Shown here piece by piece: positions 12,780-26,039 of a stretch of 64,000 nt of DNA. Position 1 is the first letter of the stretch. Every line of letters begins with the position of its first letter. A model generated the notes under the pieces. The model was not told where the DNA came from, did no database searches, and saw nothing but the letters and a program-made list of their open reading frames with translations. This stretch comes from Eledone cirrhosa (taxonomy: Eukaryota), in assembly GCA_964016885.1 (NCBI GenBank), contig OZ024743.1, forward strand, positions 252,092,001-252,156,000. The letters are read 5' to 3'. The position numbers were made by a program, and so were the translations under genes.

Positions 12780-13822
12780 ACATTGTTATATTTGGGGATG
12801 GTCATGTTGCCAATATTGCCAATAGAAAGAAATAGACGCACCATATCATTTTCACTTTCACTTCATCTTTATTGTATGCTATTCATTTGTTTATCAAAGT
12901 TTTTCCTCGCACATTCTGTGACCTCCTCAATGATTATCTGTTTTGTGGTGCATTTTTTGTATTTTGTGTCAGTTTATGCATTTGCACCTGCGTTTCTCTG
13001 TGTGTATATGTGTTTGTCATGTCTGTTTTGCTGTTTGTGTCTTTATTCTGTCTTCAGTCATTTTAAATTACCAGTTGTTACTATTCCACTCGTGTTTTCT
13101 GTTCAGGCTAGGACTATGTGAGTGGCTTCGGTAATTTGTCTGAGTGTTGTGTCGGTTCTATATGTGGATGGGATCTTTATTTCTATGTTATCTATTAAGC
13201 CCTCCTGTTCTCATTTTGCATGTTGGTATAGCACTCATGAGATTTCCTCTTCCTTAAGTTCTCACCAGTGTTCCTTTAATCCCTCTGCTATACTTTGGGC
13301 TGTCTCTCCTAAGTATATCATCTTGTTTCTGCATTGTCCCTCTGTACATCTTATCCTATAGACTACATTTTTAATTTTACAGTTTATTTCTGGGTTTATC
13401 TTACAGACTATACAGTTTTGTATCAGTTCATGGGTTTTTCTAAAGGGGTATGTCCTACTGATTTGGGATTTTATGGTAGCTCCTGGTTTTTTTACTACTT
13501 TAATACTAAGGTTTATTTTTACTAAAGCTATTCTAAAATGGTATGCTAATTTGCCTCGAGGGGTAGCATAGACAAACATGACACTGGTATTTTTGGCTGT
13601 CAAAAGTACGAGTTGGCCTTCCCTATCTTTTTCTTACTCCTTTCTATACTATTCCATGATTTGCTCCTGTATAGTGGGCAAATCCCATTCATATCATTAT
13701 GAATGTGATGAAAGAATTTTCATAAATAAATGAATAATGAACAATAACGATAAAGTGAAAATGAAAATTATATGGTGTGTGTGTTTCTTTCTATTGGCAA
13801 TATTGGCAATATGACCATCCTG
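12780..13822 (-). mobile_element. Penelope-like element remnant: GIY-YIG endonuclease fragment between inverted terminal repeats
   Basis: ORF 13262-13603 ends CIVC..NCKIKNVVYRIRCTEGQC..IYLGETAQSIAEGLKEH, the PLE GIY-YIG signature. 12795-12860 is inverted at 13752-13822. Confidence 0.8.
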
Positions 13823-13922
13823 ATTTTTTTAGTTTCAGAAGATCCCATTAAGCGTGAAAGCAGCGATTCTTTGGTTAAACTTTAATCTGTTATTTTAATA
13901 AATATATAAATATATATATATA

Positions 13923-14148
13923 TTAACCCTTTAACATTTACATTATTCTATATTTACTATTATATTTTCACAGTAAAGGGTTTATCTTACATAATTATCT
14001 CTCATAATATCGAATCTATGAGATTGATGTTATTTATTTTAAGAACAATACTTTAGTGTACGTATGAGCGGCCAGTTACAGCTGGTTGAACAACAAAAGG
14101 TGAGTGAGTTCTGGCCAGATATGGCCGGTTTAAAGGCTAAAAGGTTAA
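13923..14148. mobile_element. piggyBac-type MITE with TTAA ends
   Basis: ttaa-CCCTTTAACATTTA ... TTAAAGGCTAAAAGG-ttaa imperfect TIRs. Similar TTAA-CCCTTT termini occur near 28535, 46840, 58037, 60212 and 60381. Confidence 0.6.
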
Positions 14149-15299
14149 GGTGTTGTTACTTTAAACATTCTAAAATGTATGCAAATGGCTGTAGAACTAT
14201 TGTCTAGTTCATGCCAGTTCATTTTGAGTGAGTGTCACTAATTAAATATTAGCAAATCTTGAAACAGCAATGTCTGACATTCTCAGAACTTACTTGCAAC
14301 TCTATGATAGAGGAAAAGAGAAAAATAAATTTGTTTCCTTTCATTTCGTTACATTATGAAAAAATATTTTTTAACACAAGACCTGAACTACACAGCCGAT
14401 TTAAACATTAACACTACACTCCTTTACTATCAGTACCCACACATACACACTGCCACCAAGAGCTCACCCTCACAGTGACTCTTGTTATAACTACCCTACC
14501 TCTTAATTCTGCGTCAGCATACCTTCACTTCATACTATTTCTGTTTTTAGTGTACTATACACAACCACCTAATCCTCCTCTGGCTATTTCCTCACATAAC
14601 CCAACTTTGACTGCTGCACACCATTTCGTGTTGCATGCTTCAATTCCAAGCCCTGGATTTTATCACAACATACATAGACAGTCACACATGCTTACACACA
14701 CAGACAAATTACTGCATAAACTCACCCGAACACACAAACGGGTATACACATGCACACATAAAAAAGTACATAAAGAATTCACAGACACACATGTGTATAT
14801 ATACACACGCTCATACATAAACATACATACACATTTGCACATGTACACCAAAAAAACAGCACTAAAAATTTACAAACACATGCAGATACACACGCATACT
14901 TCTATGAATGATACACAACTCACATACACAGAAGAAATAATACACTTCCACAAAATGCATTCCACCTGCAAAGACATAACACCACCCACAACACACATGG
15001 GCTCTCCACCTAAACACTCTCACCCAACACATGCCGGACTACTTATCTACCCACCCTAACCATCTTAGTTAATTTTTTTTTTTTTTTTTTTTTCCAACTT
15101 CCAGCCTCCATTGTTTCAATCTTCTCTCGCCTCCAACCTTTGACTATTTCTTGAAGGACTTATCTCTGATACGTTGAAACCTTATTTACTTCTTCCCAAG
15201 CATAAACCTAATAAGAGACTTTTTACTTTTGAATCTCTGTGTTTGTCTTGTTTTTTTGTTGAACTATATGTATGTATGTATGTATGTATGTATATATTA

Positions 15300-15900
15300 T
15301 TATGTCAGGTCACCAGTTGGTGCTACTGGTAACATGTATCCCAGTACAACCTGTCTCATGGTCGGGTCGTTGGCGACTAAACTGGCAACCCCACCAAGGT
15401 TTCTTGGTGAGGAGGGTGACTTTGGACATCCTGCAGGACTAAAAACAAAACCTGTCAAAGGGCAAGGGAGCTCTTAAGAGTCGATAGTCATCCAAAATCA
15501 CCGGGAGAGATGACCCCTTAGCCTTTGTCAAGGCAGAATTCTAGGAGAAGGAAAACTCTGATATAACACCTGCAACCCTGATGGTATCCAATGATGTTGA
15601 CTTGTTCTTCTTTTTGGTAAATATCATCTTGGTTAAGAGAGTGGGACTGGCTTTGTGCAGTGCCTTTGCTCACTATAAAAGCTTCACAGCACAGGCATTG
15701 CTTTATATCTGGAGATCTCTCTGCACTTGTCATCACATGGTACCATGGGCCCTGCACTATGTGTCAATAATGGTCACAAGTGTAGTCTTTGTACCAGAGT
15801 TTTCAAGTCGCTGGCTGGACTAAAAAGTCACATTCGTTCAGCGCATCGGTAGGGGTTCTCCTACATGGATATAAAGTAGTGGCCGTACTCGAAAACGAGT
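15300..15900 (+). mobile_element. Interspersed repeat, probably the 5' region of an RTE family
   Basis: 15303-15390 is homologous in inverted orientation to 23215-23300, which heads the degenerate RTE at 21750-23300. Confidence 0.5.
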
Positions 15901-15911
15901 TGGCAGTCACC

Positions 15912-16001
<90 letters not shown>

Positions 16002-16003
<2 letters not shown>

Positions 16004-17358
16004 CAATAATCAAAGTTCAGTTTAAATCATTTATTTGCTTACAATTGTTTCCTCCAAACCGAGGTTTGGATTCTTCGGAGCAACAATTTAGTGATCTATA
16101 ACATACTTGACCTCCTTTTCAACACAAGAGACATATAAAAACATATGCATATATTGACCCAGTGGGATGACATCCATCAAAATGATATAGCATGGCAATT
16201 TACATATAAAGGTTAAAGGATAAATATAAAAATAAAAATAAAAATAAAAATAAAAATAAAAATAAAAATAAAAATAAAAATAAAAATAAAAATAAAAATA
16301 AAAATAAAAATAAAAATAAAAATAAAAATAAAAATAAAAATAAAAATAAAAATAAAAATAAAAATAAAAATAAAAATAAAAATAAAAATAAAAATAAAAA
16401 TAAAAATAAAAATAAAAATAAAAATAAAAATAAAAATAAAAATGAAACATTGGCAGTTTATGAAGATAAAGGAAGAGGAAAGTTTAGAGTAGTCAGTGTA
16501 TGAAACAATCTCATGTGTAGCATGCACGCGTGTCTTATTTATACAGGATTAGAGTGCGGCAGGTTGTTAGTTGCAGGATCATGTGAGTGGTGGTGTGCGC
16601 GGGGACAGTGGTACTGTTTTGCCTACGCTATAATATGTTTTATACTATGTTTGATATTTTTGATATTTTGGTGTTTCTCCACATTCGGGATTGTATACCA
16701 TACAGGTGTATGCGAAAAAATGATTTAACAATTCAGCCCACATAATACTATCGATTGCTTGCTTCAACTGCCTGATCCTGCAACTAACAATCTGCCGCAC
16801 TCTAATTCTGTATAAATAAGACACGCGTGCATGCTACACGTGAGATTGTTTCATATACTGACTACTCTAAACTTTCTCTCCCTTTATCTTCATAAACTCC
16901 CAATGTTTCATTTTTATTTTTATTTTTATTTTTATTTTTATTTTTATTTTTATTTTTATTTTTATTTTTATTTTTATTTTTATTTTTATTTTTATTTTTA
17001 TTTTTATTTTTATTTTTATTTTTATTTTTATTTTTATTTTTATTTTTATTTTTATTTTTATTTTTATTTTTATTTTTATTTTTATTTTTATTTTTATTTT
17101 TATTTTTATTTTTATTTTTATTTTTATTTTTATTTTTATCCTTTAACCTTTATATGTAAATTGCCATGCTATATCATTTTGATGGATGTCATCCCACTGT
17201 GGGTCAATATATGCATATGTTTTTATATGTCTCTTGTGTTGAAAAGGAGGTCAAGTATGTTATAGATCACTAAATTGTTGCTCCGAAGAATCCAAACCTC
17301 GGTTTGGAGGAAACAATTGTAAGCAAATAAATGATTTAAACTGAACTTTGATTATTGT
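16002..17358. repeat. Fold-back element: ~580-bp inverted arms, each with a (TAAAAA)n array and a hammerhead motif
   Basis: 16002-16581 is the near-exact reverse complement of 16773-17358, with a ~190-bp spacer. Confidence 0.95.
17278..17326 (+). ncRNA. Minimal type I hammerhead ribozyme motif, variant core CCGAAGA (mirror copy 16035-16083 on minus)
   Basis: TTGCT-CCGAAGA-A-TCCAAAC-CTCG-GTTTGGA-G-GAAA-CAATTG-TA-AGCAA: stem I TTGCT/AGCAA, 7-bp stem II, palindromic stem III, GUA site. Confidence 0.75.
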
Positions 17359-17538
17359 AATCTCTATATAACTGCTCTGTAAAACAACTGATTTTATTAC
17401 ATTGAGCTATTTATCTTACTGGTAATAAGATAGTAATAAATGACTATCTTTCACTATTTGGGGTTTGTATAAAAAATATAAAAAATATATAACCATAAAA
17501 GGTTTTATTATATACATAACCATAAATAGTATCCTTAA

Positions 17539-17590
<52 letters not shown>

Positions 17591-17629
17591 ATGTATATAT
17601 AGATATGTATATATATATATATATATCTA

Positions 17630-17915
17630 AGTGGAGGCACGTGGCCTAGTGGTAATAGTGTTGCACTTACGATCATAATGTTGTGGGCTCAATTCCTGGG
17701 TTGTGTGTTGTGTTCTTGAGCAAAACACTTAATTTCACGTTGCTCCAGTATACTCAGCTGAAAATGAGTACCAGCAATAGCTGGAGGTTTAACCCTGTGA
17801 TGGACTGGTGTCTTGTCCAGGAGGGAGTCTTGTACTCTCAGTTGCTTCACGCCATGAAACCGGGATAAGCACCGGCCAAATGAGCCTTCTGGCTTAAGAA
17901 AGACTTTAGACTTTT
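17630..17915 (+). mobile_element. tRNA-derived SINE with a CORE-like domain
   Basis: tggcctagtggtaa A box, degenerate B box, ttcttgagcaaaacactt core and 3' part ccctgtgatggactgg...gaaaccgggataagc. Confidence 0.75.
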
Positions 17916-18359
17916 TAGATATAACAAATACAAAGCAAGCAAACCAATCAAAAGGATAAATAGGTGATTAGTTATGCAGATTACAAGCCAGTAGAGAGAA
18001 AGTTAGTGTGCTCAATGCATATAGATTGCAAGACAAGCAAACCAATGGAGTAAATGGAAGGAAATACGTCTAGCAAAATTATTATAAGCAGAGCAAAAAA
18101 TAATATATAAAATGCTGGAGAGAACAACAAAGATTTATGAATATATATATATATATATCAATGATATTAATAAATGGAAACTATATTTATAAAACCAAAT
18201 ATTTCAAATTATTTAGATGAATATGCATATTCATCTAAATAATTTGAAATATTTGTTTTTTCCTCTCTTCCCCTATTTTTCCTTTTACTATCCAGGTAAA
18301 ACTTGAACTGTTAAGGTCTCTTCCTGGATATGTCAATATTTATAAAACAAGCTTTGTAT

Positions 18360-18414
18360 TTTATCTGATGAGAGCATACCAAAGTGTTGGTACCCTTGAA
18401 ATATATATAATAGA
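18360..18414 (+). ncRNA. Minimal hammerhead ribozyme motif inside an inverted-repeat element (18160-18462)
   Basis: TTTAT-CTGATGA-GAG..TACCA/TGGTA..CTT-GAAA-TATATA-TA-ATAGA. Confidence 0.6.
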
Positions 18415-18545
18415 ATAAATATGGTTTTATAAATATAGTTTCCATTTATTAATATCGTTGATACTCCAGAAACCTGTCGAGTACTTCGAATCTGTTATAA
18501 ATATATATATTTGTTGAATTACCAATAAATTAAATATCTCTTTGC

Positions 18546-18665
<120 letters not shown>

Positions 18666-18756
18666 GTAAGTAAAAGGTAAACAGAAATAACAACACAATC
18701 GGTACAGTATATGGAAGGTATATATTAGGTTAACGCTTGATATAGCAGGAAGAGGG

Positions 18757-18792
18757 TCTTAACGTTTCGGACGCTAATCCTTCATCAGAAGA
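18757..18792 (-). ncRNA. Minimal type I hammerhead ribozyme, Penelope type
   Basis: Minus strand TCTT-CTGATGA-A-GGA-TTAGCG-TCC-GAAACGTTA-AGA, with palindromic stem III AACGTT. Confidence 0.8.
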
Positions 18793-18894
18793 AAGAATGA
18801 GAAATAAAATAGATTGAGGGATGGGCGGGGTGGAATTGGAAAAATGTCTTTAGATAAAAATAACAGGTCCATTCATGTTGACATCTCTTCTCCC

Positions 18895-19482
18895 TGTAAA
18901 GTGACACAATAAAAGAGCACCTAACCCACCCTGCAAGATGGTCATGCTGGTGACATGACAAATAAGTACCCAGTTCACCTTGTACAATAATCTTGTTGGT
19001 GACACAACCAGAGGCACCCAGACCACCTTATAAACTGATTGTGTTGGTGTCACGTCAGTAGGCAGTCTCTCTCTGCCCTGTGGAGTGGTTGGATTGGTGA
19101 CACAACAAAGAGCATCCAGTCTGCCCTGTCAGGTGGTCATATGTGTGACATGACAAAAACAGCCAGTCCACACTGTAGAGTGGTCATATCAGTGACATGA
19201 TAATAATCGCAAGTCCACCCTGTAAAGTGGTTGAGTTGGTGTTGCAACAAAAAGCACAGTCCACACTGTACAGTGGTCATTTTGGTAACATGATAAAAAG
19301 CACCCAATCCACACTGTAAATGTGGTTAACATTAGGAAGGACATCTTGTTGTAGAAACCAAGGCAGAAACAGCTCTGTACGAGAAAGTCATGGTCATCTG
19401 ATCTGACTTTTCTCACAATATGACAACTCATCTAACCCATGCTAGTGTGGAGAAATGATTGTTAAACAGTGTTGATGATGAG
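18895..19482 (+). mobile_element. Non-autonomous RTE-tailed element with a ~40-bp tandem array
   Basis: About 10 diverged units of aaaagcacccagtccacactgtaaagtggt..., then aggaagg(g)catc and the RTE-type 3' tail. Confidence 0.7.
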
Positions 19483-19744
19483 GATATTTAAAGTCGTATG
19501 GCTTAGTGGTAGAGAGGTGGATTCACAATCATGAGGTTTTGTGTTTGCTTCCCTGGTTTGGATGATGCATTATGTGCTTTATTTCACATTGCTTCTTCTG
19601 CCAGGATTTGCGACTGGTAGATACTATTAGCCATTGGAAAATCCAATGGAAACATTGCTTCCTTGGCCTGATCTGATGAGTTCCACCTTACTTGGTAAGT
19701 GAATGAGGTCTGGGATCTTGTCTTTTCGGACCAATATATATATG

Positions 19745-20142
19745 TGGAGCTACATGGCTTAGTGGTTAGAGCATTGGGCTTGCAATCGAAAGGTTGTGAG
19801 TTCAATTCTCAGACCGGGTGATGTGTTGTTTCCTTGAGCAAGACACTTTATTTCACATTGCTCCAGTTTACTCAGCTGTAGAAATGAGATGATAGGGACT
19901 GGGGTCCATATCATTCCACTGCAAAGTGGTCGTGGAGGTGCAACGGCAAAAAAGCACCCAGCACTCACTGTAAATGAGGTTGGTGTTAGGAAGGGCATCC
20001 AGCTGTAGAAATCAAGCCAGAATCAGTTCCTGTAAGAGCAAGACAAGGTCAACCGACTGGACACTGCTCACAACAGGACAACTCGTCTAACCCATGCTAG
20101 CATGGAAGAACGGACATAAAACAGTGATGATGATGAGTGATG
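19745..20142 (+). mobile_element. tRNA-head SINE with CORE-like domain and RTE-type tail
   Basis: tggcttagtggttagagc A box, gagttcaattct B box, tccttgagcaagacactt core, then ggtgttaggaagggcatccagc and cccatgctagcatggaa-(gat)n. Confidence 0.85.
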
Positions 20143-20202
20143 ATATATATATATATATATGTATATGTATATAAAATAAACAACCAACATATACTCAAAA
20201 TT

Positions 20203-20235
<33 letters not shown>

Positions 20236-20726
20236 GTATATAAAATAAACAACCAACATATACTCAAAATTTATATATATATATATATATATCAACTAGA
20301 AATTGATTGACATATATATATATTTAAAATAAACACATGAAACAATCACAGGGGATAATTTGAAAAGTGTGTAATCACACATAGCTAGGTAGGTAACTAA
20401 TTAAAGTTTAACTTGAGCTTCAAATATTACCTTTTAAAAAATGATTAACCCTCCTTGTATATATTTCATTAAAGAAATATATTTCACCATTAATCCATAA
20501 AGTCACAGTAGTCAAATCCCGAATCTTCAGCAAGGGAGAAGATTTAACTATCTGTGTTTACACATCAAATGCAAATCTGTGAGTAACCCATTGCATGTAT
20601 TGCAATTCTAAAACTACTAACAACATGCTAGCGTCTTCTCAGTGGCGTGAATAGGGTGATCGACAGCTATAAATAGCAGCCGAGTCCTTTCAACTGAGTT
20701 AGCTCTACAATTAAGGAGCCATGTAT

Positions 20727-20864
20727 ATATCCAAAATTAATTAAATTAAATTAAATTAAGGGAGTCATGTCCGAGACAAGTGCCATATTTGAGCTTATTC
20801 TACGGTGGATATGGCGCTTGTCTCGGACATGACTCCCTTAATTTAATTTAATTAAATTAATTTT

Positions 20865-20872
<8 letters not shown>
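20727..20872. repeat. Hairpin with ~62-bp arms adjoining (TA)n
   Basis: atccaaaattaatt...gtccgagacaagtgccatat is matched by atatggcgcttgtctcggac...aattttggat. Confidence 0.9.
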
Positions 20873-20915
<43 letters not shown>

Positions 20916-20918
20916 CAT

Positions 20919-20961
<43 letters not shown>

Positions 20962-21749
20962 TACATACAGATATAGATACATATATTATACACATATGAT
21001 TTAAGAACATTTGTAAATACATATTCTAAAATGTAAATCTCGGCATTGCTTTTCTGTTCTTTACTCAAGCACCAATCTTGATAGAATTAACATAGCATTT
21101 CATACAGTCAAAATTCCTTCTCAAAGACTAAGCATATGTTGTTATGTCTTATTGGTGAATACATAAAACCTTGACCATTATTTCCACATACAAGACTACA
21201 TTCATTCCACTTAATGGCGTATATTTACATTTTGTTAACCTTCTGCTACACACAAAATGTAACTGTTTCGGTATCTATTATTTGGACATATTGCTTTATT
21301 ACTGGAATAATAATGGTAATGTTTGGCAGCAATGTAGTTGGCTGTCACAGGGGGCTGGTTATTTCATCAGATACATGAGAAAAGCATGCTTTTTTTCTTT
21401 CTTTCTACTGGTTGTCTTAGAATAATGAAGATATTTTCTGAATCGTAGTAAACATAAATCAAAATAAGATGTATGATAAAATCCTGTTTATGGAAGTTAA
21501 GTTCACTTAGAATATTTTTACAGTATTACTATTCTTACAAACATTTTCCTTACATCCCAACAAGGTTTCCATCCCAAGTGTCAAATTAGCTAGAGTCGCT
21601 AGAGCATAGCACATAATACTTTATATTATGCCTTTTGGAACTCTGCGTTTTCACTTTCAAATCTTGTAGAAGTCAACTTTGCTTTTCATCCTTTTGGGAT
21701 CACTAAACATAAACTGTCATTCTAAATGTGGTGGATGAACAGGATTGTT

Positions 21750-23300
21750 AAAGAGTTGGGTGAGATTCTTTGCATTATTTCATCTGACTCTGTTCTGTGC
21801 TCAAATCCTGTCTGATTCTGCTAGAAGTAGCAAACAACAGATAATGTTATTAATAGAAAAACCAATGGAAATATTGCTTTCCTGGTTTGATCTGCTTCTT
21901 TCTTTACTTTTTATTTTTTCAATTCCAGGTGCTGTTGGTTTTGTATGTAAAATCAATCCAGTGATTGTCTCCTTAGACATTCTGACCATATGTCTGTAGT
22001 ATTGGAACTGTGTTCTCTCAATTTAGAAACATAACAGCTCTACATGGAGGGACTCCGTGACCTCAAAGCTATGCACTCTATTATTACTTAAAAGACCCTT
22101 CAAAGGATCCTCATTTCAACCATTTGTATTCACAGTTGTATTCTTTCAATCATTATCCAAATTCATGACCATAGGTAAGAATTAGCAATGAATACTGAAT
22201 TGTTTGGCTTTTATGCCTACCTTCCTTCTGATGACTGAATGTTGAAGCTGGTACATTACTGCAGTAGCTCCTGCAATTCTTGCTCTTAATTCAGTCTCCT
22301 GCCTTCCATCACTCATGAACATGGTTCTGAAACACTTGAACTTCTCACCCTGCAAAACCAATCAGATGACAAGCCTGGATGGTCACACTTGGAGAGAATT
22401 GCTTTTCACAGGCCCTGCTGGAAGGCATGCATAAGAATTCTGCCCCCACAACGCTCCCAGGAATAAGTGAGCAAAGAAGAAGAAAATGGAAGAGGAGGAG
22501 GACATCCCTGGTGTCAAATTGGCAGAGTCACTAGAGCATAGAACATAAAGCCTTGTGGTAAGAGTTTTGCATCTACACTGTGACTCTCAAATCTTGTTGA
22601 GGTCATATTTGTCTTTCGTCCTTTTGGGATCAATAAAATGTACTTCCAATCTATAAGTCATTAAATAAACTATCAGCTCAGAGTTTGTTAAAGAATTGGA
22701 TGGTATTCTTGGCAATATCAGATCCAGCCTTTGTTAAACCACTGACATGATTGGAGAGGGCTCAAAGCAGAGGCCCAGCCTGAATGTTTTCAACAGAGTA
22801 AACTACTAAATACTTTTAGAAACCAGGTGGGAGTTTTAAACTTGGTGACTGATTAATTCTACCACCTCATGACCAGGTGGGGGCTTAAGTCTAATGATGT
22901 AAACCACATAGGAGATATGTTTTGTCATGAATCTACCATCACACCATGGCACAGGTGCTATACTAAAAAGCACATATATGCAGGTACAGACACACATCAA
23001 TGATCCACTTTTCAAACAAAACCAGCAAGAAAAACCGATGGCCTAACATAGGTTAGGATGACCAGCAACTGAATCATCTTCAGGTTTTCTACCAGAGTTA
23101 CCCTTACCTAGTAAACCTTTGGCTGACCATTGACTCTTATGAGTTCCTGCACCCTTAGATGGGCTTTGTTTTTCCTCCTGCTAGATGTCCAAACATTCAC
23201 CCTCCTCATCAAGCTGCCAGTTTAGTCACCAACGAGCCGACCATGTAATAGGTTGTACTGGGTTACATGTTACAAGTAGCACTCGAGAGCCACCTGACAT
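21750..23300 (-). mobile_element. Highly degenerate Expander-like RTE remnants interrupted by SINEs
   Basis: 22250-22350 reads QGEKFKCFRTMFMSDGRQETELRARIAGA on minus, resembling the RTE post-RT region. The 5' piece is shared with 15303. Confidence 0.45.
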
Positions 23301-23755
23301 AACCTGTATACTTGTACACACACACACATGCAGAGAGAGAGAGTTCTAAAAACTTAAACCAAAAGTTAATGAAACACAGAATGGAATCAATTCTCTGTGA
23401 ATTTTCCTTGGAATTCTAAAGTTGGAAAGCCAAAAATTTCCTGTCTGGCATTGAGAAATTTCCTTACACTCAATAGGAGTTAAATAAGACACTTTGGTTT
23501 TTAGTGAGAAGATTCTAAACTTTGGAACTGATGTTTCAGGTGAGATGGACAAATTGTGAAAAGTGCAAATAACTGAACATACGCATACATAAAAACATAT
23601 ATATACACATAGACAGAAATACATATACATAAACAGATACACATGTACAGAGACAGATATACACACACATTTCTATGTAAATATAGGTTTGTATGTGTGT
23701 GAAAGAGAGAGAGGTATACATATATATAGTCATATATATATTATTATTACTATAT

Positions 23756-23802
<47 letters not shown>

Positions 23803-23813
23803 GCATATATGTA

Positions 23814-23905
<92 letters not shown>

Positions 23906-25099
23906 TTTATAGGCATATACATATATATATCTACTGACATATACACACACAAATAGTGACCCAGTCACATATTACATATTAGACCACGCCATGCACACCA
24001 CATTACATCATGCACCAACCCACACCATACATAAAAGTAGGAACAACACTTGTACATTTGTACATCTGAATTTTTATCAAGTATTCCATATGTTGTGTAG
24101 AATGCAATAGATCATGTAAGCGGTAATTGACTATGTTTGCCAAGAATTTCAATTGACACGAGACCAAACTGCCTTCAGGGGTAGATTTCTCTGATTTCCT
24201 GAAAGGAAACACGAAGATATAGATGGCTGACTTCTTTAAACTTTATCCTGTTATCATTCACAATAGTTCGTAGATTTAAAAGACTGTTGGGGGTGAAGAG
24301 GAAAAGGGAAGAAAAAAAAAAGACTGAGAGATATTAAAAGAGGAAGAAGACGGAGAAGAATATTGCTTGTTCCTCACTATCTCATCCTCTATCTGTGCAC
24401 CAACCAGCTAAACACCAGCATCTAGTGCCAGGAGCTAGCCACCAGCAGCCGACCTACCGGATGGTGAAATTGTCAAGTCGATAACTGCCATATATATGCC
24501 TTCTTCTAGGCATAAATAGCACGTGTTATATGTATCTATGTAGCATCATCATCATAAACACCTCCACCATGCTTTCTAACTTTCTCTCTTTTTCAATTAT
24601 TCTCTTTTTCACTCTCTTCATAACTCCTGTTTCATCTCTCTCACTCTGTTCCTCTCTTATTCTCTTCACCTCTCTCTCTCTCTTGTCACAGACTCTTTGG
24701 CTTTCTCTCTCCATCTCCCTCTTTCTTTCTCTTTTCCGTTCTTGCTTTCTCTTTTTCTTTCTTCACTCCTTCTCCCCAACTAGCTCAGCTCCATCACCAC
24801 TAATTTTCCCACCATGGTATCAAGCATTGGCTGTGTTCGCTCAGCTGTATCAAAAGATTCCATCTTGTTTCCAGCTGACTAGGTCCATTCTCTTAATGAT
24901 TTCTGCTGCATTAAGCAATGGCAATCATCTGAAGAATTGGATTACATTCTGTTGGCTTCACTAGTAAATTCCAACCCACTAATATGGGCAAGGAGGGGAC
25001 CTTCACTAGTTTTTATATATTTTTGGCTGTATTTGGATTCCACAGCTATGATACCGATAAGTATGACCAGATGTGACTATATATACATATATGTGTGTG

Positions 25100-25149
<50 letters not shown>

Positions 25150-25165
25150 AATATATATATGTATA

Positions 25166-25220
<55 letters not shown>

Positions 25221-26039
25221 ATATAAATATATATAGTTCAGAAACAAGATAAAGTGAAAAAAATTATCTATTGCAAATGATAATAACAATGATAATAATG
25301 CTTTCAATGATAATAATAAAAACGATAATAATGATTTCTAATTTAGGCAAAATGCCACCATTTTGGCGGTAAAGGAAAGTTGATTAAATTGCCCCTAGTG
25401 CTTGACGTGTACTTTATTTTATTGTTCTTGGAAGGATGAAGAGTAAAAAAAGAAATTATCATTTACAAATGTAAATAATGATTATTATTATCGTTATTCA
25501 GATTTCACTTGAAGAAGAAAATGAGGGTGGAGAGGAATATGCTGTCTTCCAACCAGTTTGTTGAAAGGTGGATGAGAGAGGCGAGCATGGTCCGTGTGAA
25601 TGAACCTGCCTTGAGCATATGCCTGTAGATTGGAGTAAAAAGACTGGGAGAGGGCACTTTGCCCTAGCGGATAAAATGACCGTGGTTTTTGTGGTATTTC
25701 TACGCAAGTGACCCTTAGTGTCTCCTCATCTTTTGGGAATTTATTGCTTGTTTTAAATATTTATTTTCTTAGTCTCTGCTATAAATTTTATTTTACACTG
25801 AAAAACTCACATTGTATCATTTCATACCATCTTTAATGTTTTCTTAATTAGCCCTATATGGCTAATAAAGAAATTATTATTATTATTATTACCTCAAACT
25901 CAAACAGAGCTTATGTCATCAACATTAACATACAGGAGTTTGTCATAACAAATGACCAAAAGTCATGCAATTCACCCTCCTTACTACTTTTCTACGATCC
26001 TATTATTATTGTTGTTGTTATTGTTGCTGTTTCTTTTAG

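Noticed and set aside
16088-17265. FY and FI repeat ORFs
   Set aside because: Translations of the (TAAAAA)n arrays. The array is also not the metazoan telomere repeat TTAGGG.
19745-19820. Possible tRNA gene
   Set aside because: A and B boxes are present, but the sequence continues into a SINE core and tail, so it is a SINE head.
24000-25710. Possible host exons or LINE remnants on the minus strand
   Set aside because: Only faint similarity to LINE proteins (e.g. LWNP.., RQFGLVSI) with many stops; too weak to call.
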